A DNA stretch of 32,000 bases from Pelagibacteraceae bacterium (lineage in GTDB: Bacteria > Pseudomonadota > Alphaproteobacteria > HIMB59): the NCBI GenBank assembly GCA_008638215.1, contig VTPN01000003.1, positions 16,550 to 48,549 of the forward strand. The letters run 5' to 3'. This document shows positions 23,068 through 30,791 of this stretch, in pieces. Position 1 is the first letter of the stretch; each line of letters begins with the position of its first letter. A model generated the notes under the pieces. The model was not told the origin of the DNA. It did not search any database and saw only the letters and a program-made list of their open reading frames with translations. The translations under genes and the position numbers were made by a program.

Positions 23068-23742
23068 TTAAACCTCTACCTTAAGGCCAAAGCCCATTGT
23101 CGAAGAAATAAATATAGAGTTGATGAAATTACCCTTAACTCCAGATGGTTTGATCTTTTTAATTTCTTCAATAAAAGAATTAATGTTCTCATTTAATTGA
23201 TTTTCATCAAAACTTATCTTTCCAAGTGCTGCGTGGATAGTGCCAGCTTTATCATTTTTATAAGCAACAAGACCCTTATTTATATTTTGGATTGTGCTTT
23301 TTACATCATTAGTGACGGTACCTGTTTTTGGATTGGGCATTAAACCTTTGGGGCCAAGTACTTTAGCAATTTTACTGACAACTGACATCATGTCAGGCGT
23401 AGCTATAATAACGTCAACATCAATTTTTTCTTGAAGAGCTAAAACTAAATCTTCTCCACCGACTTTTTTTACACCTAATGATTTAGCTTCTTCTGCGGAT
23501 TTGCCCTGAGCAAAGACTGCGATATCAACTTTTTTTCCTAAACCATGAGGGGGAACAAAACTACCTCTTACATTCTGATCAGATTGCTTAGAGTCGATAC
23601 CGGTATTAATAGATACTTCGACAGACTCATCAAATTTAACAAACTTTTTCTCTTTTAAAAGTTTAATGGCATCATTAACAGAGTAAGATTTATTAAAATC
23701 AATTCCTTCAATTTGTTTTTTTCTATTTTTTGATAAATGCAT
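23068..23742 (-). CDS. rplA: 50S ribosomal protein L1
   Basis: 224 aa containing FDESVEVSINTGID, GKKVDIAVFAQG and LGPKGLMPNPKTGTVT. Confidence 0.97.
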   Translation of the reverse strand: MHLSKNRKKQIEGIDFNKSYSVNDAIKLLKEKKFVKFDESVEVSINTGIDSKQSDQNVRGSFVPPHGLGKKVDIAVFAQGKSAEEAKSLGVKKVGGEDLVLALQEKIDVDVIIATPDMMSVVSKIAKVLGPKGLMPNPKTGTVTNDVKSTIQNINKGLVAYKNDKAGTIHAALGKISFDENQLNENINSFIEEIKKIKPSGVKGNFINSIFISSTMGFGLKVEV

Positions 23743-24167
23743 TATACGACTTCCATTCCCATTGATCTCGCAGAACCTAAAACAATCTTAGATGCTTGAT
23801 CAACATCGTATGCATTAAGATCTTCCAATTTCTCTTTAGCGATTTCTTTAATTTGAGCCATAGTGACTTTTCCTAATTTAGTTCGACCGGGAGTTTGACA
23901 TCCTTTTTTAATCTTAGCAGCTTTTTTAAGATAAAAAGTTACAGGTGGTTTTTTAGTAACGAAGACAAACGATCTATCTTTATACGCCGTGATAACAGTT
24001 GGAATTGGTGCTCCTTTTTCTAAATCTTTAGTTGCATCATTAAACTGTTTACAAAAATCTTGAATATTTAATCCCTTTTGACCTAATGCCGGACCTACTG
24101 GAGGAGCGGGATTAGCCGACCCTGCGGGAATTTGTAATTTAATGTATCCTAATATTTCTTTTGCCAT
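23742..24167 (-). CDS. rplK: 50S ribosomal protein L11
   Basis: 141 aa containing [30 protein letters not shown], the L11 signature. Confidence 0.98.
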   Translation of the reverse strand: MAKEILGYIKLQIPAGSANPAPPVGPALGQKGLNIQDFCKQFNDATKDLEKGAPIPTVITAYKDRSFVFVTKKPPVTFYLKKAAKIKKGCQTPGRTKLGKVTMAQIKEIAKEKLEDLNAYDVDQASKIVLGSARSMGMEVV

Positions 24168-24174
24168 TGTTTTT

Positions 24175-24720
24175 TTAGCCTTTTACCACTTGTGAGTAAT
24201 CTAATTCTAACGGTGTAGGTCTCCCAAAAATTGAGACGGACACTTTAAGCTTTTGTCTTGAACTGTCAACCTCTTCTATGATGCCGTTGAATGAGGCAAA
24301 AGGACCGTCAGATACTTTAATTTGTTCGCCAACCTCGTATTCGAATTTAGGTTTAGGGTTATCAACGCCCTCGGTTATATCCTGTAAAAGTTTAGAAACT
24401 TCCCTTTCAGATATAGCAATTGGTTTGTCTTTAGTTCCTAAAAAATTAGAAACTTTAGGTATATCTCTTACTAGATGCCAAGTATCATCATTCATAATCA
24501 TTTTAACTAGAACGTAACCTGGAAAGAATTTCTTTTCAGAATTTACTCTTACGCCTCGACGTACCTCAACAACAGCTTGTGTTGGTACTGAAACTTCATT
24601 AATAAAGTCGTCAAGTTCCACTTTTTTAGCTTCTTCAATAATGGCGTCAGCTACTTTTTTTTCAAAGCCAGAGTGACAATGAACGACGTACCATTTAGAG
24701 GTATCTGAACTTACAACCAT
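24175..24720 (-). CDS. nusG: Transcription termination/antitermination factor NusG
   Basis: 181 aa with an NGN domain ([15 protein letters not shown]) and a C-terminal KOW ([21 protein letters not shown]). Synteny secE-nusG-rplK. Confidence 0.97.
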   Translation of the reverse strand: MVVSSDTSKWYVVHCHSGFEKKVADAIIEEAKKVELDDFINEVSVPTQAVVEVRRGVRVNSEKKFFPGYVLVKMIMNDDTWHLVRDIPKVSNFLGTKDKPIAISEREVSKLLQDITEGVDNPKPKFEYEVGEQIKVSDGPFASFNGIIEEVDSSRQKLKVSVSIFGRPTPLELDYSQVVKG

Positions 24721-24722
24721 GA

Positions 24723-24908
24723 TTATCCTAAAATAACTCTCACAATAAAAGCAAAGAACTGATCAAGAAGCATTAAAATAACTGCAGCAATACTAATTAC
24801 AACCAAAACAATTCCAGAAGTAGTGAAAGTTTCTTTTTTAGAAGGCCAGGTAACTTTAGATACCTCCTGTCGAACCTCTCTAAGATACTTAGCTGGATTA
24901 ACTTTCAT
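24723..24908 (-). CDS. secE: Preprotein translocase subunit SecE (single-TM form)
   Basis: The ORF track extends to 24950, but those 14 extra codons overlap the tRNA-Trp gene. The ATG at 24908 gives 61 aa: MKVNPAKYLREVRQEVSKVTWPSKKE followed by one TM helix (GIVLVVISIAAVILMLL). This is the conserved SecE core. Confidence 0.9.
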   Translation of the reverse strand: MKVNPAKYLREVRQEVSKVTWPSKKETFTTSGIVLVVISIAAVILMLLDQFFAFIVRVILG

Positions 24909-24920
24909 GTTTATTAAAAC

Positions 24921-24996
24921 TGGCAGGAGTGGCAGGCATCGAACCCGCAACCTCCGGTTTTGGAGACCGGCGCTCTACCAGTTGAGCTACACTCCT
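24921..24996 (-). tRNA. tRNA-Trp (anticodon CCA)
   Basis: The reverse complement AGGAGTGTAGCTCAACTGGTAGAGCGCCGGTCTCCAAAACCGGAGGTTGCGGGTTCGATGCCTGCCACTCCTGCCA folds as a 76-nt cloverleaf. The acceptor stem is AGGAGTG/CACTCCT, the anticodon loop is CTCCAAA, the T-loop is TTCGATG, and the 3' CCA is encoded. Confidence 0.95.
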
Positions 24997-25026
24997 TCAT
25001 AATTAATAATGCTGCAGAGAAATTAA

Positions 25027-26217
25027 TTATTCAATAATCTCTGACACAACTCCTGAACCAACGGTTCTTCCACCTTCTCGGATTGCAAAACGTAAATTGT
25101 TATCCATAGCAATCGGTGATAATAGTTCGACTTCTAGAGTAAGATTATCACCAGGCATAACCATCTCTGTTCCTTCAGGAAGTTTGATAGAACCAGTAAC
25201 ATCAGTTGTTCTAAAATAGAACTGTGGTCTATAGTTTGCAAAGAAAGGTGTATGTCTTCCACCTTCTTCTTTGCTTAGCGCATAGATTTCAGCTTTAAAT
25301 TTTTTGTGAGGTTTAATACTTCCGGGTTTAGCTAGTACTTGGCCACGTTCTACCTCTTCTTTTTTAGTTCCACGCAGAAGAAGACCGACGTTGTCGCCAG
25401 CTTGACCAGAGTCTAGAAGCTTTCTAAACATCTCAACACCTGTAACAGTAGTTTTTTGAGTATCAGTTAAACCAATAATTTCTACTTCTTCACCAGGCTT
25501 AATAATACCTTGTTCAATTCTTCCAGTTACAACAGTACCTCTACCAGAAATTGAGAAAACATCTTCAACCGGCATAAGGAAAGGTTTATCTAAATCTCTT
25601 GCAGGAGCAGGAATGTATGAATCTACTTTTTCCATTAATTCAATAATTGAATTTTTACCAATAGCTTCGTCTCTATCCTCAATTGCAGCTAATGCAGAAC
25701 CCTTAACGATTGGAATATCATCACCTGGGAAGTCATAACTTGATAACAGCTCTCTGATTTCCATTTCAACTAAATCCAAAAGTTCAGCATCATCGACTTG
25801 ATCAACTTTATTCATATATACAACAAGAGCCGGGACACCAACTTGTCTTGCTAAAAGAATATGCTCACGTGTTTGTGGCATCGGACCGTCTGCAGCGTTA
25901 ACAACTAAAATACCACCATCCATTTGAGCAGCACCAGTAATCATATTTTTTACATAGTCTGCGTGACCTGGACAATCAACGTGTGCATAATGTCTTTTAT
26001 CTGTAGAATATTCTACGTGAGCAGTAGAAATTGTAATTCCTCTTTCTCTTTCCTCAGGAGCTTTATCTATTTGATCATAAGCTGTATATGATCCACCACC
26101 TTTTTCTGCCAATACTTTTGTAATTGCAGCAGTAAGAGTAGTTTTACCATGGTCGACGTGACCGATAGTACCAATGTTGACGTGTTCTTTCGACCTGTCA
26201 AATTTTTCTTTAGCCAT
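25027..26217 (-). CDS. tuf: Translation elongation factor Tu
   Basis: 396 aa beginning [28 protein letters not shown], with DCPGHADY and NKVD. It is flanked by tRNA-Tyr/Gly upstream and tRNA-Trp-secE-nusG downstream, the tufB-type context. Confidence 0.99.
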   Translation of the reverse strand: MAKEKFDRSKEHVNIGTIGHVDHGKTTLTAAITKVLAEKGGGSYTAYDQIDKAPEERERGITISTAHVEYSTDKRHYAHVDCPGHADYVKNMITGAAQMDGGILVVNAADGPMPQTREHILLARQVGVPALVVYMNKVDQVDDAELLDLVEMEIRELLSSYDFPGDDIPIVKGSALAAIEDRDEAIGKNSIIELMEKVDSYIPAPARDLDKPFLMPVEDVFSISGRGTVVTGRIEQGIIKPGEEVEIIGLTDTQKTTVTGVEMFRKLLDSGQAGDNVGLLLRGTKKEEVERGQVLAKPGSIKPHKKFKAEIYALSKEEGGRHTPFFANYRPQFYFRTTDVTGSIKLPEGTEMVMPGDNLTLEVELLSPIAMDNNLRFAIREGGRTVGSGVVSEIIE

Positions 26218-26268
26218 TTTAAATTGTTACCTCTATTTAATATCTATTACTTAATTTTTTTTTGTTTA

Positions 26269-26342
26269 TGGAGCGGGTGAAGGGAATCGAACCCTCGTAG
26301 CCAGCTTGGAAGGCTGGAGCTTTACCATTAAGCTACACCCGC
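26269..26342 (-). tRNA. tRNA-Gly (anticodon UCC)
   Basis: The reverse complement GCGGGTGTAGCTTAATGGTAAAGCTCCAGCCTTCCAAGCTGGCTACGAGGGTTCGATTCCCTTCACCCGCTCCA is 74 nt. The acceptor stem is GCGGGTG/CACCCGC, the anticodon stem-loop is CCAGC-CTTCCAA-GCTGG, the T-loop is TTCGATT, and the CCA is encoded. Confidence 0.95.
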
Positions 26343-26447
26343 GAAAAAGCGGGTAACCACTTCAAAACAACCACAAAAACAAATCCTTGTGAGTTCCGAT
26401 AAACTACTTATTTTTGTTTAAAATTCAATAGCTAATGTGAAAAAAAG

Positions 26448-26533
26448 TGGTGGAGGGAGTAGGATTCGAACCTACGTACACTTGCGTGAACAGATTTACA
26501 GTCTGCCGCCTTTAACCACTCGGCCATCCCTCC
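26448..26533 (-). tRNA. tRNA-Tyr (anticodon GUA), long variable arm
   Basis: The reverse complement GGAGGGATGGCCGAGTGGTTAAAGGCGGCAGACTGTAAATCTGTTCACGCAAGTGTACGTAGGTTCGAATCCTACTCCCTCCACCA is 86 nt. It has the same architecture as bacterial class II tRNA-Tyr, with anticodon loop CTGTAAA and an encoded CCA. Confidence 0.95.
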
Positions 26534-26554
26534 TAAGTGAAAAAACAGGTCTTG

Positions 26555-26583
26555 ATTAATAGATATTTGTCTTTGAAAGTCAA
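26555..26583 (-). promoter_or_regulatory. Candidate sigma70-type promoter for the tRNA-Tyr/tRNA-Gly/tuf transcription unit
   Basis: The minus strand reads TTGACT (26583..26578), a 17-nt spacer, then ATTAAT (26560..26555); alternatively TATTAA with a 16-nt spacer. The -10 ends 21 nt upstream of the mature tRNA-Tyr 5' end. It lies in the 84-nt divergent gap shared with the methyltransferase gene. Confidence 0.35.
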
Positions 26584-26617
26584 TAGACTTCCTAAACTTT
26601 AACTGTAATTTAAAAAT

Positions 26618-27340
26618 ATGATTATTTCAGGTGATAATGCATGTTTATCGTGTCTTTTGCACAATCCCTCAAAGGCGACTGAGGTATTAATAAATAAAGA
26701 AAAAAAAGCGAATTATTTAAAAATCATTGAAAAAAGTAATCTAAATAAAATCACCCGATATGTAGATAAAAAAGAGCTACAAAGAATAGATCGAGACAAC
26801 CTTAGACAATCCAACGACATTATAATAAGACGAGAAGAATATAGCCCATCCTCTTTAGCTGAGATATATAATGCTAACAAAGAAAAATCAATAATAGTTG
26901 TTCTAGATCAATTAACTGATCAAAATAATCTTGGAAATATTATAAGAACATGTCTTTTAATGAACGTTAATGGAATTATTTTACCAGAGCACTCATCAGC
27001 AACAATCTCAGGATCAACCGCGAACACATCCGCTGGTGCTATAGAAATTTTAAAGTTCCACATATCAAAGAATTTAAATAGATCACTTGAAGAACTAAAA
27101 AAAAATGGGTACTGGACTTATTCGCTTGATATGAAAGGTGAATTGATTTCTAAAAATTTTAAATTTGATAAAAAAACGATAATTATCGTAGGAAGCGAAG
27201 GTAAAGGAATCAGAAAGAATATTTTAACTAATAGTGATTTTATAATATCCCTACCCCAAGATAAAATAGAAGGAATCGATAGTTATAATGCAGCAAACTC
27301 TTTAGCAATGACGCTATTTCACCATAGACTTAATATCTAA
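26618..27340 (+). CDS. rlmB: SpoU/TrmH-family RNA 2'-O-ribose methyltransferase, RlmB-like (23S rRNA Gm methyltransferase candidate)
   Basis: 240 aa carrying the three SPOUT motifs: NLGNIIRTC, IIVGSEGKGIR and ISLPQ...IDSYNAANSLAMTLF. The roughly 90-aa N-terminal region is consistent with the RlmB substrate-binding domain. The family call is firm. The specific RlmB assignment rests on size and architecture only. Confidence 0.8.
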   Translation: MIISGDNACLSCLLHNPSKATEVLINKEKKANYLKIIEKSNLNKITRYVDKKELQRIDRDNLRQSNDIIIRREEYSPSSLAEIYNANKEKSIIVVLDQLTDQNNLGNIIRTCLLMNVNGIILPEHSSATISGSTANTSAGAIEILKFHISKNLNRSLEELKKNGYWTYSLDMKGELISKNFKFDKKTIIIVGSEGKGIRKNILTNSDFIISLPQDKIEGIDSYNAANSLAMTLFHHRLNI

Positions 27341-27388
27341 GAATTAGTTATTGTTTCTTAAAGATATTAGTATAAAAAATTACAAAAT

Positions 27389-27464
<76 letters not shown>

Positions 27465-27504
27465 CATTTATTGATTATTTATTTTCTTTTATTACATTAC
27501 TAAT

Positions 27505-28038
27505 ATGAACTCAGGAGTTGATCAATTTGGCAGAAGCACAAATACTTCAAAAAATATAACTGAGGAAAAATCTCAAAGAATTCTTGAGGCATTAAGTGAC
27601 ATTAAACATCAATTGCAAAATGAAGAAATCGCCCCTCAAGAATTAGAAGAAAATTCGCTTAAAATAAAAGAAACTAAAAAAGATAAATCTCATGATTTAG
27701 ATTTTAAAAACCTTCAGCAGAAAATTGAAAATTTAGAAAAAAAAATCAATCAAATCTTTAAAAATTTAGAAAATAAAAGTAATGAGAATTTCATCGAGGA
27801 TCATAAAGATAGCGATGAAGAGATTTCTATTTTTCATCAATTCCAAAAAAATACAGATTTAAAAACTAGCAAATCACTAACGATCATCAATAATCCATAT
27901 TACCAAAAAAAGAAAATTAGTTTTTTTCAGATATTTTTTAGAGCAATTGTACTTACGATTATTTGTACTGCGATAATCTTATATGCAAAAAACATTCCCC
28001 TATCAAAGTTTATTATTGAAATAGAAAATTTATTCTAA
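27505..28038 (+). CDS. Hypothetical tail-anchored coiled-coil membrane protein (no family recognised)
   Basis: 177-aa ORF. The N-terminal roughly 130 aa are K/E/N/Q-rich with a heptad pattern: in LQQKIENLEKKINQIFKNL the hydrophobic residues are spaced 4-3-4-3-4. A single C-terminal hydrophobic segment (FFQIFFRAIVLTIICTAIILYA) follows. It fills an otherwise empty 570-nt interval in a very compact genome. I recognise no catalytic or family motifs. Confidence 0.6.
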   Translation: MNSGVDQFGRSTNTSKNITEEKSQRILEALSDIKHQLQNEEIAPQELEENSLKIKETKKDKSHDLDFKNLQQKIENLEKKINQIFKNLENKSNENFIEDHKDSDEEISIFHQFQKNTDLKTSKSLTIINNPYYQKKKISFFQIFFRAIVLTIICTAIILYAKNIPLSKFIIEIENLF

Positions 28039-30791
28039 GCGACGTTTAGTTTTTCAACATTAGCCGCACTGAATTTAAATTCAGGAATTTTTCCGTACGG
28101 ATCTAATTGAGGGTTGGTTAACACATTGGCTGCCGCTTCAGCAAAACAAAATGGAATAAATACCATTCCTTCAGGAATTTCTTTATCTCTTCTTACTTTT
28201 ATGACAATAGTACCACGTTTTGTTTTTACTTTTACATGATCACCTGGTTCTATATTCATTCGTTTCATATCCCATCTATTCATACTTACAATAGCCTCCG
28301 GTTCTATATGATCTAGAACAGTAGCTCTTCTTGTCATTGATCCTGTATGCCAATGTTCAAGTAGTCGTCCAGTAGTAAGAATCATTGGGAAATCATCGTC
28401 AGGTAATTCCGCGGGAGGTATCAACCTAGCAGGAACAATCTTACCTCTTCCATTTGCAGTTGGAAATTTCTCATTGAAAATAATTTCATTACCTGGCTTA
28501 TTGGGATCATCACAGGGATATGTAACGCTGTTTTCATTTTCTAAACGTTCATATGTAATGTTTTTTAAAGAAGGCATCACTTGAGCCATTTCATTAAAAA
28601 TGTCTCTTGGATGTAAGTAGCTCCAGTCAAGCCCCATTCTCTGTGCGATTGCTTGCGTGATCCACCAATCTTGACGAGCATCGCCCGGAGGTGGTACGGC
28701 CTGACGGCCTATTTGAACTTGTCGGTTTGTATTGGTAAAAGTTCCTGTTTTTTCCGCATGGGCAGAAGAAGGTAAAATTACATCTGCATGCCATGCTGTT
28801 TCAGTCATAAAAATATCTTGGACTACTAGGTGATCTAGTTTCGCCAGTGCTTCTCTTGCATGGTTTTGATCAGGATCAGACATGGCAGGGTTTTCTCCCA
28901 TGATGTACATTGACTTTATTTCACCCTCTAAAATTTTATTGATAACCTCAACAACCGTTAACCCTTTTTTATTATCTAATTCTACTTTCCAAAAGTTTTC
29001 ATATTTGGAATGGATGTCTTGATTTTCTACTGACTGGTAATCAGGAAAGACCATAGGAATAAGTCCTGCATCAGATGCACCTTGAACATTATTTTGGCCT
29101 CTTAATGGATGAAGGCCTGTTCCATTTCTACCAATTTGTCCTGTAGTAAGGGCAAGAGCGATTAAACATCTGGCATTGTCAGTCCCATGAACATGCTGAG
29201 AAACTCCCATTCCCCAAAAAATAATAGATTTTTCAGAAGTAGCGTAAAGTCTGGCAACCTCTCGGAGTTCGTTGGCAGATATCCCACATATCGACTCCAT
29301 TTTTTCAGGTGAAAAATCTTTTATTTCGATTTGTAATTTTTCGAAGCCCTCAGTTTGACCTTGAATATATTGTTGATCATATAACTTTTCATCAATGATT
29401 GTATACAGCAGAGCGTTAAGCATCGCTACATCTGTACCTGGTTTAAATTGTAAGTTATGAGTAGCAAATTTACTTAAACCCTGTTTTCTTGGATCCATGA
29501 CAATTAATTTAGATCCTCGTTTAACTGCTCTTTTTAAATATGTAGCAGCAACAGGATGATTTTCTGTAGGTCTAGCTCCGATTACAATAATACAATCTGC
29601 ATCACTTGCTGCCATGAATGGTGCAGAGACAGCTCCGGAGTTAACACATTCCATTAACGCAGCAACAGAAGATGCATGACATAATCTAGTACAGTGATCA
29701 ACATTATTTGAACCAAAACCTACTCGAACTAATTTTTGGAATAAATAAGCCTCCTCATTGGAACACTTGGCCGAACCAAAACCAGCTAAACTTTTGGGAC
29801 CATGATCTTCTTTAGATTTTGCTAAACCTTTTGCGGCAATATCAAGTGCATTTTCCCAAGTAGTTTCTTCAAAATAATCTGATATTTCTGAGTCCTTTAA
29901 TTGAAAATTTCCATCTTTAGGAACTCCAGCTTTTCTTACGAGGGGTTTTGTTAGTCTGCCATCATGATTAATATAATCAAAGCCAAATCGACCTTTTACA
30001 CAAAGTCTATTTTCGTTAGCCGGACCGTCTTTTCCATCAACATATAAAATTTTGTCATCCTTTACATGGACTTTTGTTTGACATCCAACGCCACAATATG
30101 GGCATACACTGTCAACAGTTCTATCAGCATAATTAACACGGGCTCCCTCTTCATTAACCAAAGATGATTCCATTAATGCGCCTGTCGGACATGCTTGAAC
30201 ACACTCTCCACATGCAACACATGTACTTTCACCCATAGGATCATCTAAATCAAAAATAATCTTGGCAGTAGATCCTCGGTAAGCCATGCCAATAACGTCA
30301 TTTACTTGAACCTCTCTACATGCTCGAACACATAAATTACAATTGATACAAGCATCTAAATTGACACTCATAGCTTTATGAGATCTGTCTATATTAATTT
30401 TTTCTTTACCTGGAAACCTACTACTGCTAACTCCCATTTTTTCAGACCAATTCCAGAACTTGGAGTCTGGATCAGGGGAATGCTCTTTAGATGGTTGGTC
30501 AGACACTAATAATTCAAAAACCATAGATCGAGATTTTTCAGCTCTAGGAGAGTTAACCGTTACCTCCATTCCTTCAGTGGGTTTTCTTATACATGAAGCA
30601 GCTAGGGTTCTTTCACCTTTGATTTCAACCATGCAAGCACGACAATTACCATCAGCTCGATAACCCGGCTCAGGTGAATAGCATAAATGAGGAATATCTA
30701 TATTATTTTTTTTTGCTACATCCCAAATTGATTCAGTAGGTTCAGCTACATATTCTTTACCATCAATAGAAAATTTTATTTTATTTGTCAT
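28035..30791 (-). CDS. fdsA: NAD-linked formate dehydrogenase alpha (catalytic molybdopterin) subunit, Cys-type, FdsA-like (often auto-annotated fdhF)
   Basis: 918 aa. It has an N-terminal NuoG-like [2Fe-2S] region (CYSPEPGYRADGNCRACMVEI...C) and two ferredoxin-type motifs (CINCNLCVRACREV, CVACGECVQACPTGAL). It also has the MopB [4Fe-4S] motif CPYCGVGCQ, an active-site Cys-His (TRLCHASS) and the conserved Arg context LRGQNNVQGA. The ATG shares one nucleotide with the stop of the upstream NuoF-like gene. Confidence 0.9.
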   Translation of the reverse strand: MTNKIKFSIDGKEYVAEPTESIWDVAKKNNIDIPHLCYSPEPGYRADGNCRACMVEIKGERTLAASCIRKPTEGMEVTVNSPRAEKSRSMVFELLVSDQPSKEHSPDPDSKFWNWSEKMGVSSSRFPGKEKINIDRSHKAMSVNLDACINCNLCVRACREVQVNDVIGMAYRGSTAKIIFDLDDPMGESTCVACGECVQACPTGALMESSLVNEEGARVNYADRTVDSVCPYCGVGCQTKVHVKDDKILYVDGKDGPANENRLCVKGRFGFDYINHDGRLTKPLVRKAGVPKDGNFQLKDSEISDYFEETTWENALDIAAKGLAKSKEDHGPKSLAGFGSAKCSNEEAYLFQKLVRVGFGSNNVDHCTRLCHASSVAALMECVNSGAVSAPFMAASDADCIIVIGARPTENHPVAATYLKRAVKRGSKLIVMDPRKQGLSKFATHNLQFKPGTDVAMLNALLYTIIDEKLYDQQYIQGQTEGFEKLQIEIKDFSPEKMESICGISANELREVARLYATSEKSIIFWGMGVSQHVHGTDNARCLIALALTTGQIGRNGTGLHPLRGQNNVQGASDAGLIPMVFPDYQSVENQDIHSKYENFWKVELDNKKGLTVVEVINKILEGEIKSMYIMGENPAMSDPDQNHAREALAKLDHLVVQDIFMTETAWHADVILPSSAHAEKTGTFTNTNRQVQIGRQAVPPPGDARQDWWITQAIAQRMGLDWSYLHPRDIFNEMAQVMPSLKNITYERLENENSVTYPCDDPNKPGNEIIFNEKFPTANGRGKIVPARLIPPAELPDDDFPMILTTGRLLEHWHTGSMTRRATVLDHIEPEAIVSMNRWDMKRMNIEPGDHVKVKTKRGTIVIKVRRDKEIPEGMVFIPFCFAEAAANVLTNPQLDPYGKIPEFKFSAANVEKLNVA

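Noticed and set aside
24242-24269. A perfect TTGACA (24269..24264, minus strand) inside the nusG 3' end with TAAAGT 16 nt downstream. This could be an internal rplK (L11 operon) promoter giving a roughly 68-nt leader.
   Set aside because: It lies in coding sequence and the -10 is weak. A single consensus hexamer is expected by chance somewhere in 26 kb. I could not identify an L1-binding-like structure in the putative leader by eye. It is worth testing only alongside TSS data.
24909-24950. A 14-codon N-terminal extension of secE in the ORF track (MRVRCLPLLPVLIN...).
   Set aside because: These codons are the antisense-free read-through of the tRNA-Trp gene body (24921-24996). The conserved SecE core starts at the ATG at 24908.
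26343-26447. The 105-nt tRNA-Tyr/tRNA-Gly spacer as a hidden small gene, sRNA or degenerate tRNA.
   Set aside because: I found no ORF of meaningful length and could build no cloverleaf. A similarly long Tyr-Gly spacer exists in the E. coli tufB-upstream tRNA cluster. Only the short hairpin at its 3' end is reported.
27341-27388. A promoter for tRNA-Thr (TATAAA at 27371-27376, 12 nt upstream of the tRNA).
   Set aside because: The -10 is good, but no acceptable -35 lies at 16-18 nt (TTATTG at best). The evidence is too weak to list as a feature.
28035-30791. Possible selenocysteine recoding in the formate dehydrogenase alpha subunit.
   Set aside because: The reading frame is uninterrupted and the active-site position is a Cys codon (TRLCHASS). 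With no in-frame TGA, no SECIS element is expected.
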